Shown here piece after piece: positions 11,391 through 24,265 of a DNA stretch of 64,000 nt. The stretch is from Carcharhinus longimanus (taxonomy: Eukaryota). Position numbers and translations under genes: made by a program. Location: contig JASCQW010000001.1 of assembly GCA_030264375.1 (NCBI GenBank), forward strand, positions 126,162,734 to 126,226,733, written 5' to 3'. Every line of letters starts with the position of its first letter. Position 1 is the stretch's first letter. A model generated the notes under the pieces. It ran no database searches and was not told the DNA's origin. It was given only the letters and a program-made list of their open reading frames with translations.

Positions 11391-11807
11391 CATTGGCACT
11401 CCAAGCAATCTGCAGCTGGCTTCAGCGGCACGCTTAGGGCTCGGCCTCCCACCAAATGACACTCGTTCCTTCCCACAATAAACCTTAGTTGACTTAACGC
11501 TTTAAGATTTATCCACTTGTTTAATCTTTCATAGTCATTTGGGAGAAAAGAACTTGAGTTTTGACAAAAAATGGACACTTCAAAGCTTTTCATTTTGCAC
11601 TCATCGGGCACTTTATGAGAAGACCAATGTAAGGGGAAAACAACAATTTATACCGTACACGAAGAGAGTGATGACTGATTGGCAAGTATACACTGATTGG
11701 TAGAGGTGTTGGCATGAGAAAAGCACCTGTTGATTCTGACTGACAGTTAACTGCCAAGCATGCTTCTATTTATTTTACTCTGATTTCCATTTTAAAAAAA
11801 ATCTTCA

Positions 11808-12750
11808 AAGCATTAACAATTCTTTGTTTTTTTTTAAACTCTGTAGGCTTTTCTTATTTTTTCTCACTGTGCACTGCAGGTTTCTGTACTTAACGCTGTC
11901 AGTCTTTTTTAAAACTGTCTTCCAGCTATCCACTGTATGCTGAGGCTTGGGACTGTGGCCTATTCTAAAGTGTAAGTATAGCCTCTTTTGGTATTTTTGC
12001 TCATTCATCTTGTGATCTCTCACTCAGGAACTTTGCAATTTTTCTTCTTAGGTGCTTGTCTCTCTCGTTAGGTTTCAACTGTTTTTGGTCTTTCATACCT
12101 TGGAAATCTGCTCTGGGTTGTGTATTTAACTGCCACCTTTCATGGCGACATGGTAGCACAGTGGTTAGCACTGCTGTCCCACAGTTCCAGGGACCCAGGT
12201 TCAATTCTGGCATTGGGTGACTATGTGGAGTTTTCACATTTTCTTCCCAACTGTGTAGGTTTCCTCCAGGCGTTCTGGTTTCCTCCCATAGTCCAAAGAT
12301 GTGCAGTTTAGATGAAATGGGCATGCAAAGTTGCCTCATGCTGTCCAAAAATGTGCAGGTTAGATGGGATTAACTATGGTAAATGTATGGGATTACGGGA
12401 ATAGGAGGAGGAGTGGCATGGATAAACTACTCTCTCTGTCAGCGAGTTAGTGCAGACTCGATTGGCTGAATGGTCCCTTCTGCACTGCAAGGATTCTATG
12501 ATCTAATCATTCTGTACCACCATTGATTATCCTGTCAGATTATAATGCTATCTCTGATGTAATATAAACTGTACTCAAGCTGTAGAATAGGTGGCAGTCC
12601 CAAGGTTCAGCATTCAGATGGCAGCTGAAAGACAGCTACAGTAGACGTAAAATAAAAAGGCTGACAGAGTTAAAGATAGAAATCTGCAGCACACAAGTGA
12701 GAAAAAAAATAACAAAAGCCTGCAGATTTTAAATAAAAAACAATTGCTGT
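11808..12750. repeat. Diverged inverted repeat, arms 11808-11967 and 12583-12750
   Basis: Reverse complement of the left arm aligns by eye with the right arm over about 160 bp. Confidence 0.8.
12142..12503 (+). mobile_element. HE1-type SINE
   Basis: Full head, core and ggattctatga tail. Confidence 0.9.
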
Positions 12751-12989
12751 AGCTCTTTACGGAGTTCCCACCACTGCCAACCATGTTATATTATGGTGTT
12801 TCATTGCTGTGGAGATGTCTCAGTGAGAAGATCTTGAGACTTTTGTCTGCACGCAATACCACAACTATCTTGAGAAACTCTTGCAATGAGGTCTTTTGAC
12901 TGAGATGATTGACCTCAAACAACCACACCATATGTGCTAGGTATGACTCCAAACAGTGGAGAGTTTTCCCTCTGGCTACAGGTTGTCCT

Positions 12990-13239
12990 TGTTGCCGGTA
13001 TAGTAACTTGATGTGGCAAATTACAAACTAAAAGATTTATTGACTGAGAAGAACTAAGGGTCTAACAACAAAACTACACAGATCTACTCCTGACAACACT
13101 CTGATTCTAATGAAGCCTTCCAGCCCCAGGAATGAGTGTCCACGTTCCCAATTGACCTAGGTTCACATGCTGGTATCATTGACTCCAGCCCGGTCATGTG
13201 GCCTACAAAGGATCACCCGTTAAAGGGCCATGCTATCAC
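12990..13239 (-). mobile_element. Solo LTR-like element
   Basis: Minus strand tgtgatagcatggccctttaa...aataaaa...aca. Confidence 0.45.
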
Positions 13240-14399
13240 AACCTGCTTTACAAAATTCTTAGGCTCTAATTGTTCATGAGACACCTAATTGTAAGCCAAA
13301 CCATTTTTAATTGTGTGTGACTTTTAACACTTTCTCCACTAATTTCCTCTCTTCCCCTCATTTTCTCAAGGTACATCCTCCTATCAAGATATTACTTTTA
13401 TAAATGTTCTCTTCTTCATGTGTAAGCCTTGGCAGTTAGTGCTGATTGGGTTTAACTGAGATGCCCCCTATCTGATCCTCAACAGATATCCATACATGCA
13501 CACAGACAACAGGGGCCATATGATGTAGTCATGAGCAGAAATCATGGCCTAATTTCGTCTTCCTAACAAGAGGGTACAGAGGTCAACTGCTTCACCTCTA
13601 TTGCTGTCCTAGTTGAGATTTTTACTTCTAGGAGGAAAATGGCCAAATGTGTGAGCAGGCCATCTGATGACACGGTGGCTTTGCCGAGTCTAATTAACAG
13701 GCTTCATTAACATTCCACTTGTCAACTTCGGCAGGAAGAGATTGACCTGACTGTTAAAACTCCATGGCAAGACCCCTGTGGGGGACTACAGGAAATATCT
13801 TTAGTACGAAGTAAGTGACTAGATGGGCAGGACTTGTGGAATTGTAGTTGAGAGAAGGTGAATCCCACTTACTCCTGCTAGCCCACAAGGAACCTTTTAA
13901 CATTTATTTAAAGGTTATCAACTAGGCCTCTTCTGGCCTACTCTTCAGATTAGCTTCCTGCAGCTTTGGCCAGGTGGTTAAAGCCACCACTGCTCCTGCA
14001 GACAGGTTTCAGGCAAAAATAATGGTTGCATATTTTTAGTAACATTGTCGGGCCCTGATATGTATATTTAAAGAAGCATCCCATATGTCTTCCAGTGAGT
14101 GTCTTCTTGTCTACAATTTAAAATTGCAGTGGTCAGATGGAAAGGGGGTAGGGGAATGGAATGGGTTTCTATCATTCTTGGCAATTATAATCAACCCCGA
14201 TAACTTTGTCCAGATTGCTTATTAACCCCAAGGTTTTCCTAGTTTGAAAGTTCATGTGTAAACTTAGTAAACCTTGGTAAAAAGCAACCTTAGCTTTTAA
14301 GTAAGTGTTGTGACAGGATAATTCAGTACTCATTACATATTCATTCCTGAAGTAATACAATGCTATTTGTATTTCCTGACACCTTAATGTAAAGTTGGT

Positions 14400-14640
14400 G
14401 GAGGTCTTATGGTGCAGTGGATAGCTTCTCTACCTCTGTGGCAGAAGCTCCTGATTCAAATCCCACTCCAGACTTAATGGCCATGGAAGGTACATAATCT
14501 TAATTATCCAACAGTAACTTCAGAAAATACACCTGGCACGTGGTAAGAATGGGAGAGCATCCTGGTCAGACATGCTTGATGCAGTATTATCCCTCAAGCT
14601 ATAGTATCAGGCAACAGAGCAATCTGTTCCAGCATTAGCT
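14400..14640 (+). mobile_element. Old tRNA-derived SINE
   Basis: A box tggtgcagtgg and B box gattcaaatcc at tRNA-like spacing. Confidence 0.55.
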
Positions 14641-14655
14641 AGCTGTAGAAACACT

Positions 14656-15517
14656 GGCCAGAATTTTTAAGCGCAACACGAATGGATTGGAAGCAGCTGC
14701 ATTTTCCAGGCCCGTTTAGATCAATGACCAAATGTAATATTACACAGGCTGTCCACTTAAGTGGCAGCCAGATTGAAATGCATCTGGATAGGATAGCGGT
14801 GATGGAGGGGATGGGAGAGGGGAGGGCGCCAGGTCCAGTGCCGACAAGCGTGAAGTTTATAGAAGGCTGCCAGAGGCTGCCACAGACAATGGAGGATGCA
14901 AAGGGAGATGTGCAGTATGGCAGCGGCAGCACCAGGAAGACACACCAAGCAGGAGGGAATCTCAGATGGGCAGCAAGCCCACCATTTCTCTGATGGGTGC
15001 CTGTGTGGAAATGGTGAGTGCCAAGAGAGACATTCTCATGCCATAGAATGGAAGGAGGAAGCCTCCCACCTCACCAAGAAGGCCTGGGTCGAGGTGGCAG
15101 CTGAGGTNNNNNNNNNNNNNNNNNNNNNNNNNNNNNNNNNNNNNNNNNNNNNNNNNNNNNNNNNNNNNNNNNNNNNNNNNNNNNNNNNNNNNNNNNNNNN
15201 NNNNNNNCACTTCCTCACCTGGCATTAAAGAAAGAATAAGGAACAAAGAAACGTACATCACAGGAACAGGCTGGTCGACCCTCCAAGCCTACACTGAGCA
15301 TGATGCCTGCCTAAACTAAAACCATCTGCACTTACGGAGTCTGAATCATTCCATTCCCATCCTATTCATATATTCATCTAGTTGCCCTTTAAATACTGCA
15401 AACCTACTAGCTCCCATCAAACTCCGCTCTCATTCTGGGGTCCCTGAGGGAACGCCACAACCCCAGAACGAAGTTGGGATCATGGAACCAGGAATTCTCC
15501 ACACAAAAATCTAGGCC
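14656..15517 (+). mobile_element. Internally deleted Harbinger with SANT exon 1 (contains a gap and a CR1 tail)
   Basis: TIRs ggccagaattttt / aaaaatctaggcc; LTKKAWVEVAAEV; colinear with 18997-19510. Confidence 0.75.
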
Positions 15518-16774
15518 TTTAACTTCTTCTGTTAACTCCTCACCAAGGATTCAACTGGGTTTTACCTCCCTCTGCAGATCTAGTGCTGATTGATTTTGTC
15601 TTGGTTCATTAAACCATCTGACACTGGACAGTGATCAACGTGAGATTAATTTTTTGAACCTTGATTAGGTTAGCCTCAAATTGTTGAATTAGTGAATTGA
15701 TTCTTTCTTGCGAAATAACCAAGGAAGAAGCCAGGCAACAATACATATTCCATAGTTAAAAATAATCACTTAAAGATAAAGTTGAGTATGTCAACAGTTA
15801 ATAGTCACGCAAAAATATAATCAATGTTACTGGGCAGATGCAAATCACGGAAAGGCAGATTTTCACTAAAGCAGCAGGTTATATTTGGCAAAATTATTTT
15901 AAAAATAATTCTTTAGATAGCTGACATGTTAATAGCTTTTAATGGCCAGATTATCAAGATCACATGGGTGATTCACACAACCTTTTTTTCACTTGTGGCA
16001 TATTTGGATTGATGTCCTGCCTTGTGACTTAGATGTTGGCCTTTAGAGTGCCGAGTCAATCAATCTCTTCAGACAGTGTTATCTCTTGTTTAGGTTTTTG
16101 ATTCCAATTGAACCCACCTTGCAAACAATTAGAGCTGGCTTCCCACCTTTCTCAATTTTTGATATCTCACAACTGAGTGAAGCTTGATTTTGCCTAAATG
16201 GTTTGCATAGACTCAGTTTAGCTTCTGACACTCTGTTCTTCACATTACTTTGTTTTATTAAAGGTATCTTTCACACATGCTAGATAAGAATTCTTCCAAA
16301 ATAGAGGAAAAAATACCACTTCTAGTTAACACACATCCCAAAACTGATTGCTATTTCAGCAAATACAAAGAAAAACTCTACTTTGAGGCAACCCACATGT
16401 CAGAAGGGCCCACCTTTTAATGTCATTTAGCTCCAAGAAGTCAGTACTGATGTATGGATTTTCAGACAAGTCAGCAGAACTTTTGCAATACTTTGCTACC
16501 CACCAATCTTGCTTTGAAGAAAGGGACCCAATAAATATGAAAGGTAATTACCTCACTGAAACTAATAAAGTAGTTCTTCCCTGGATCTGAGCCAACAAGT
16601 ATGAATTATTTAATTTCTTAAATATATGCAGTACTTGTTTACTTAATTTTCAGGTCAGCAGCTGAATTCCATATTGGATGAGCTTTTTCAGGCATTTTAG
16701 AGAGCATTTCCTTCACAGAAATCAAATGCAATTCTTCAGACAATTTAATGGAGCACAGTTCCCACTAAGTACAG

Positions 16775-17155
16775 TGGGGTGATGTTACTGTCACTGGATC
16801 TGTAATCCAGAGACCCAGGTCAATATCCTGCTTCTGTAGGTTTAAATCCCATCACAACAGCTGGTGGAATTTAAATTCAATCAATCAATCTAGAATTATT
16901 AAGCTACTCAGTAATGGTGACCATGAAACTAGTTTTGGTTGTTATATGCCCATCTGTTTCATTAATGCCTTTTAGGGGAGGAAATCTGCTGTACTTACAT
17001 GGTCTGACCTACATGTGACTTCAAACCCACAACTAGTATGACTGACTCTCGACTGCCCTCTGAAATGACCTCGCAAGCCTCAGTTGTGGTAATCAGGGAT
17101 GGACAACAAATGCTGGCCTGGCCAGAGGCACACATATCCCATGAAAGAATAAAGT
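16775..17155 (+). mobile_element. tRNA-derived SINE, second family
   Basis: Head cactggatctgtaatccagag, core ggaaatctgc..cctacatgtgact, tail aaatgctggcc..cccatgaaagaataaa. Confidence 0.75.
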
Positions 17156-17576
17156 AAAATATACAGAGGAGAAATAATGATTCAGACAGCAGTAGCATTC
17201 AAATGGATCCTCAAAATTGTGAGAACACCAAAATTTGTCCTGGGAAAATTTGGTTTAAACGAGTCCAGACTGTTTAAGCTTTCTAAACTCATTGAATAAT
17301 ATAGAGTTAATCTGAATCATTGCCAAGTTTTTTATGGCATCAAACAACTACAACCAATCATTAGCTCGTATCTGTGTCATAGGTCTAAGCGATTCTGCAA
17401 ATCAAATGCATTTCATCTGCCAAACTCAGCTGGTTTCGTTCTTGGATTGTTCCTAGATAACATGACTAATGTATTTAAGATCTTTTAAAGAAGTTTGAGC
17501 AAAAGTAAAGCATAAACTGTAAAAAATTAAATTTTATACAATACTGTCACTTCCCAGGATTCAAACACAGAAAGCA

Positions 17577-17622
17577 ACACAGCACGGGAAACACGGGAAA
17601 CGGGAAACTGTCCCTTCGGCCC
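17577..17622 (-). mobile_element. 46-bp CR1 3' tip with 6-bp TSD
   Basis: gggccgaaggg.. tail flanked by aaagca at 17571-17576 and 17623-17628. Confidence 0.7.
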
Positions 17623-18015
17623 AAAGCATTCTTGCAATAATCCTAGAATCTTCAGTGATTGAGAAGTTTCAAAAGGGAAGGCTTGTCCATTTAAACAATG
17701 AACACGGTAAACACCCTATTGCCTACCAATTAAATAGATGCATTATTATTAATCTACGGGTATATTTCCTTTCCTGGCATTAAAGTTAAACATGTTAACA
17801 TCTCATTGAATTCGGGTGTCACTATTGACTCCACCCAGTTTTGTATTGCGTCAATTTCTTGCTGGGCATGTTGTCGGCCATGGTAAGTGTCCAAATATTT
17901 AAAATAATGGACAATTCTTTCTGTTTCATATTACTTTCCATTGATATAAATGAGAGCTCTAGGAACAAATATTCCTTATTGTCAAAATACACTAATAAAA
18001 GCAAAAGTGAATATA

Positions 18016-18350
18016 TAGAATCACTACAGTACTGAAGGAGGCCATTTAGCCCATCAAGTCTGCACCAAGTCTCCAAAAGAGTATCTTATCCAGGCTCTTT
18101 CCCGTGTCCTATCCCTCTAATCCCATGCATTTACCATGGCTAATCCCCCTGACTTCGGGACACTAAGGGATGATGTAGTGTGGCCCATCTACCTAATCAG
18201 CACATCTTTGATCTGTGGGAGGAAACCAGAATACCTGGAGGTAACCCATGCAGACACAAGGAGAATGCGCAAACTCCACGCAGCAGTCACCCAAGGCCAG
18301 AATGTAACCTGGATCCCTAGTGCTGTGGGGCAACAGTGCTAACTGCAGTG
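18016..18350 (-). mobile_element. HE1-type SINE
   Basis: Head, core and tail as in other copies. Confidence 0.9.
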
Positions 18351-18996
18351 CTAATACAGATTGTGAAATCCTTTGCAAGACTACAGCCAAGCCTCTGCTG
18401 CTGTTCATTTTTCCTTCATTCTCCTTTTTTTCATCCAGCTGAGTGTTTGATTCGACTAATCCAGCTCTGAGTCTTCCAAATGAAAAATAGTTGCCTAAAC
18501 AAAGGGTTTTCGGAGGTTAGCCCCTTAAAGACACCTGAATCAAGTTATCTTTCTTGAAATTGCATTGCTTTGGACCTGGACATAATAAACAGCAGGTGGC
18601 TAAAATTATGTTTTTTAAAAAATACTTTCAGGTGGAGTCAGAAGGGTGAAGGTTGCTCCTCTTGGCTTTACAACTGTACTGATGGTCACTGATAGTTGGA
18701 ACTATTCTCCCTTTCCAGGGTTAATCTGAAGTCTGCAGCTTGGAAGACAAAAAATGATTTGTGAAGTGGCAAACCATTTCTAAAGGCAGGTCAGCTATTG
18801 GCCACAAAAGCCTCAAAAATGCTGGCATGTTTTCTACCCATTGTGAATTGTATGCCTTGCACACAATAATCAGGGAAATGATGCACATTTCCCTTTCCCT
18901 AACTTAATGGCATTAAGACCAATAGAAATATTCCTACTGCCATTCCAGCTGGGATCAAATAAGTCAGCACAGAGCAACGATTGGAAGCTGAGACTT

Positions 18997-21385
18997 TTCT
19001 GAATTTTATGTGTGATGTGCAGGACATGAAGCAGCACAGTTTCCCAGTTCTGCCTGAGAACAATTAGCAGTATCGATTTTACACTGGCTGCTTATTTAAT
19101 TGGCAGCCAGTGAAATCATCCGGATAGGATCAGCGGGGCTGGAGGGAGTGGCAGTGGCTGGGCACCGGGACCAATGGTGGCCTGGCGTGAAGTTTAAAGG
19201 AGGCTGCCAGAGGCTGCTACAGACAATGGAGGAGGCACAGTGAGGTGTGCACCATGGCAGCGGCAGCACCAGGAAGACTCAGGTGGGCAGCAAGCCCCCC
19301 ATCTCTTTAACACGTATCTGTGTGCCCATGTGGAAGTGGTGAGTGCCAAGAGGGACATTCTCATGCCATGGGATGGAAGGAGGAAGCCTCCCACCTCACC
19401 AAGAAGGCCTGGGCAGAGGTGGCAGCTGAGGTCAGCAAGCACAACCTGATCCACTGCATGTGGATCCAGTGCTGGAAAAGGTTCAATGATCTTCTGTGCT
19501 TAGTAAGGGTGAGTTCTGAGTGGGCATTTTCCAGTGTGGGCAACTGAGGAAGAATGCCCGTCCATAGTTCCATAGACAAAGGTGTAGAATTCACGGTACA
19601 CACTTTTGCCTGTATGTGGTAAAGCCAGAGAGAAGGTCTGGAGGCCCGGATTCATCAGAGAATCAGATGTGAAAAGGGCTGGGAATATCCACATGTCTCT
19701 TGGGGCAGGGACCAGCATAGTCTGGTGCTGAAGGTGGAGGGTTATGTACTGATTGGCGCTCTGCATGTATTTACAGGAGAAACATCGCCATGGCAAGTCT
19801 GAGAGATCTATCACTGGCGATGGGGTGACTAACCTGGAAATATTCACCAGCCATGAGCAGGGAGGAAGATCATCAGGTCACAGAGAGGCTGGCGCCTCTG
19901 AGATAAGAGCCCAGTAGGATGAAGTGTGACAGGCTGAGAGTGAAGAGAATTTATGAGTGTGTTATCCCTCATAAGGACTTCAGGTGATGCACTGATCACT
20001 GAGCCACTGTGATGCCATTGAATCCACTGGCACTGGGCAGTAAAACATGGAAATTGACTCTGTGATACTGACCCATTCTTTTCATCCTTCAGCTGAGCCA
20101 TTCACCAAAAACAAGCCAGGAGGTCAATGATCCTCCATTGACACCAGAACGGGGAACATTGGAAGATGCATCTGCCACATACCCCTCTCAGTACCAAGCA
20201 CCAGGACAGATATTGTCATGTGGGTGGGCAATAGTGAATTGGCTCAGTTGGTAGTGCAAAGTGGTGAGAGCATATCACACTTGCTTGAGCAGATGGTGGA
20301 GGCAGGGCATGCCCAGGGCACAGGCAGTTGAGGAGTACTGGAGACCAGGACCATGCTGAGACTGAGACAGATTATGAGATCCATGGGCATTGGATGTCCA
20401 CCCACACAACTACAGGCTACTTCGGGCCCAATCATCTGGTAGATGACCATGACGGCTTCCCTTGAAAGCTGTATCCTTGGTCCTGTCAAAGTAGTTGGAT
20501 TGTTGCCTGTACACCCTGGCAGCTGTGTGGTGGCGTCTTCTATGGGTGCAGACTCCGTGTTCTCTTTACTGGTCCTGAATCTGGGTGGCACGGTGTCACA
20601 GTGGTTAGCACTGCTGCCTCAGTGCCAGGGATCTGGATTCGACTCCGAGCCTCGGGTTACTGTCTGTTTGGAGTCTACATGTTCTTGCTGTGTCTGCATG
20701 GGTTTCCTCTGGGTGCTCTGGTTTCCTCCCACATTCCAAAGATGAGCAGGTTAAGTGGATTGGCCATGCTAAATTGCCCCTTAGTGTCAGGGGGACTAGC
20801 TAGGGTAAGTGCATAGGGATTTTGGGAAGAGGGCCTGGGTAGGATTGTGGTTGGTGCAGATTCACTAGGCTGAATGGCCTCCTACTGCACTGTCGGAATT
20901 CTATGAAATCAAATCAAATATAAACACCCTGTGTCTGAGCCTCTGCTCTAAGGTGATGCCTTCGACCACCTGGCCCCTTACGCCCATCATCAGACGTGGC
21001 GCTTCCTGCTGAGTACATTATATCCATTCTTCAGAGATGCAAATAGGGCTGACCCATGCACAGAGGGTGCCAGAGGGACACAAATCTCAGATGTCACAGG
21101 ACTGCAATGTCCTGAAAGCTCCAGATGAGATGCTAAAACCTCCAAAAGAAGAAAGAAGAACATTCAGAATGCTCCAAACCAAACCCTCACCAACCTCCCA
21201 AAAATTCCTACCAACTCAGCTTGCCTTTGCTGCACGTGCTTTATCCCACTCTCGTGGATTTTGGCACCTATTCCACACTGGAAACTATGGGCTCCAAGAA
21301 CTGCACAAGGATCTGTGTCAATCTGAAGCTGATATCCCCATGCTCCTTGACAGTGACAGCAGGTTTTCTGGCAGAACTTCCAATT
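18997..21385. mobile_element. Internally deleted Harbinger: SANT 5' part (+) joined to transposase 5' part (-)
   Basis: SANT: AWAEVAAEVS..WIQCWKRFNDLL|gtgagt (19508), exon 2 from 19777. Transposase N-terminus LSREAV..GGHPMP on minus strand ending about 20380. Right boundary approximate. Confidence 0.75.
20583..20906 (+). mobile_element. HE1-type SINE inserted in the transposase remnant
   Basis: Full head, core and tail. Confidence 0.9.
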
Positions 21386-21409
21386 ACCAAGCATTTTATT
21401 TATACAAAC

Positions 21410-22035
21410 ATATGAACAAGGGGCAGAAGTAGGCCATTTAGCCCCTCAAGCCCACTCCGCCATTTAATAAGATCATGGCTAATCAGATAGTAACCTTAAA
21501 ATGCATCTTGCTTACTCCTGATATCATTGATTGCCAAGAATCTATCCACCTCTGCCTTAAAATTATTCAACAAATCTGCTTCCACAAGTGAAAGAATTTC
21601 TCCTCATCTCTGTTTTAAATGAGTGACATCTTATTTTTAAACAGTGATGCCGAGTTCTAGATTCTCCCACAAGAAAACCCTTTCCACATTCACCTTATCA
21701 AGACCCTTCAGGATCTTATATGTTTCAATCAAGTCACCTCTCGCTCTTCTAAACTCCAGCAGATACAAGCATAGCCTGACCAAATTTTCCTAATAGGCAA
21801 CCTTCCCAATACAACTATTAGTCCGGTAAACTTTCTCTAAACTGCTTCCAACACATTTACGTCCTTCCTTAAATAAGGAGAGCAATACTGAACACAATAC
21901 TCCAGATGTGGTCTCACCAATAACTGAAGCATAACCTTCCTTCTTTTGTTTTTAATTCTACTTGCAATAAATGGTAACATTCAATTAGCTTTCCTATTTA
22001 CTTGATGTAACTGTATACTCGTCTTTTGTGATTCA
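21410..22035 (-). mobile_element. CR1 LINE 3' region
   Basis: ggccatttagcccctcaagcc tail, tccagatgtggtctcacca RT C-terminal motif. Confidence 0.85.
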
Positions 22036-23009
22036 TTGGTAGGACATCCACTAAGCTCACCAATACGTGCGTGCACCTTGTCTGCAAAGTGCCCACAAGG
22101 CTATTGTCAAAAATGCAGCGCTGGCCAGTTCATTCTACTTAGTCTCCCATCCGGCAAACACTCAATAAGCTCAGTGATGGCACATCCACTTGCTAATGGT
22201 CTGTGGTCAATGGAACCACTGAGCATTGTTTCGATGCTCATATGTTAGTTAGATGGGAAGAAAATGCTGAGGGTAGAAATGGGGTAGCTGCTGATGAGTG
22301 TTCTTTACTATCAAAAAGTGGAACATTGAGGGCCTCATGGTGTGCCTGCATTTATGGAGTCACAAGGGGCAGGGCTGGCCATTATGGGAAATGAATGGTG
22401 TTGAAAAGCTGGCTTTTTTGTGTCTGTCATCATAAGGTGATCTATGTTCATTGAAAGGTCAGGCTTACTGGAGTCCCACATCCTTCACTGAAAGGACAGC
22501 ATCTCAATGTAATGGGGATTAAGGTAATGCTGAAGGCTGGGCACTTTGAACAAACATTAATATCTATTGAACATCCTCCTTCAGTTAGCCCAAGTCTAGC
22601 TTCACAGTATCACCAAAGTGACACAAAGTATTTTCCCATTGTTGGAGGTGGACCTCATTGAGGCACCTTTTCTGAAGCTATGCTGCCAGGACTCCACTGA
22701 GGACTGCAGTGCAACTCCTGCTTCTTGTGGGCTTCCCTTGTGCCTGAGATGCTGGAGAGACTTGATAAGGCAGCACCTTCTGCCACATGATGCCGGAACA
22801 AATGCCTGCAGCTGGTATCTCATTTCAGCAAAGACACATGCCTCAGAGGCTTCATCATCTTTCACAGGATGAGGACATGGTGAGCACAATGTATAAATAT
22901 TCAGAGTAAAGAGGATTGTTGAGAAGAATAGCCACATTGGTGGTGATGTGGATCCATCACAGAGGGCATTTGCCCTACAGGGTAAACACAACTGCTCGTC
23001 ATTATCCTC

Positions 23010-23960
23010 CGAGAATCCAGAGGCTATGAGCACCTCACGTGAACACGTGCCTCGTCTGGCCCAAGCTATGCCTTCTTCCTTGCAGACATGTAGCTCCTCC
23101 ATCTTGGCATCTGACAAGAATACCTGCCTTTGCAGCACCAGGTTGAGTAGGCACAGCAAAGACTCCACAATGATCTATGAGACCCTCTGAGGGTCACTAG
23201 TACACTCCTCAGAGTGCTCAGTCAGATCTGTCGAGGCATCGGACCACATTTTCAAGATGCAAATAGTCTGTTCTACCTTCTCTCAACTGAAGTTTGTGGT
23301 CATAGGATGGGTGTCATTAGCCGTGTGTTTTGTGGATAGCGTTTGTTACAGAAGAGCCAACCCTGGATGTTGTATGGTCAGTCAAAGTCGTCTGGGATCT
23401 GTAATCTGCTCAAAATGTAGGCATCGTTGCAACTTCCCAGATATCTTACACAACATATACGATGTGTTTCTGGTTGTTGCATACCAGCTGCACATCGAGC
23501 GAGTGGAAGCCTTTCCTGTTGATGTATTGCATTGCCTGTTGCCATTGATCTCTTATAGCCACATAAGTGCCATCGATGGCACTTGTGGGAATCTGGAAAC
23601 AGCAGCACTCCCAGTGCTCTAGCTGTCAGGCTAGCTTGATTTCTAGTGAAGTGCAGATAATTGTCAGCCTTAGTAAACCAGGCATTCGTCACCTCCTTTG
23701 TGAACTTGTGGGTGGAAGCTTGAGAGGTCCCGCAGAGGTCCCCAGTGAAGCACTGGAAAGAGCTATTCACATAGAAGTTAAGGGCGGTGATGACTTTCAA
23801 ATAGGAAGGACCTGGTTTCTGCAGCATCAACTTATGGAGAATGTCTCAGATGTGAACCACCAGATCCCTGGACATGTGGAGACGTTGATGACATTGGTTC
23901 TCAATGCACTTCTGTATAAGAAGTGCACTCTCCACCATCCTGAATGTTTCCCCTCTGCAG
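23010..23960 (-). pseudogene. Harbinger DDE transposase, decayed
   Basis: QCHQRLHMSRDLV, LKVITALNFY..SFQ..GDLCGTSQ, AIDGTYV, NRKGFHSLDVQLVC, GSCNDAYIL, VEQTICILKM. Confidence 0.9.
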
Positions 23961-23964
23961 GAAC

Positions 23965-24265
23965 ATTGAGAAACATAGAAAAACTACAGCACAATACAGG
24001 CCCTTCAGCCCATAAAGTTGTGCTGAACATGTCCCTACCTTAGAGATTACTAGACTTACCTATAAGCCTCTATCTTACTAAGTTCCATGTACTTACCTAA
24101 AAGTCTCTTAAAAGACCCTATTGAATCCACCCCCATCACCATTGCCGGTAGCCCATTCCATGCACCCACCACTCTGAGTGAAAGATTTACCCCTGACATC
24201 TCCTCTGTACCTACTCCCCACCTTAGACCGGTGTCCTCCTGTGGCAACCACTTCAGCCCTGGGAA
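23965..24265 (-). mobile_element. CR1 LINE 3' end
   Basis: RVVGAWNGLP..SIGSFKRLL, tail tttctatgttt. Confidence 0.9.

Noticed and set aside
23565-23584. Perfect 20-bp palindrome aagtgccatcgatggcactt
   Set aside because: It coincides with the transposase catalytic AIDGT codons, which are nearly self-complementary; a coding by-product
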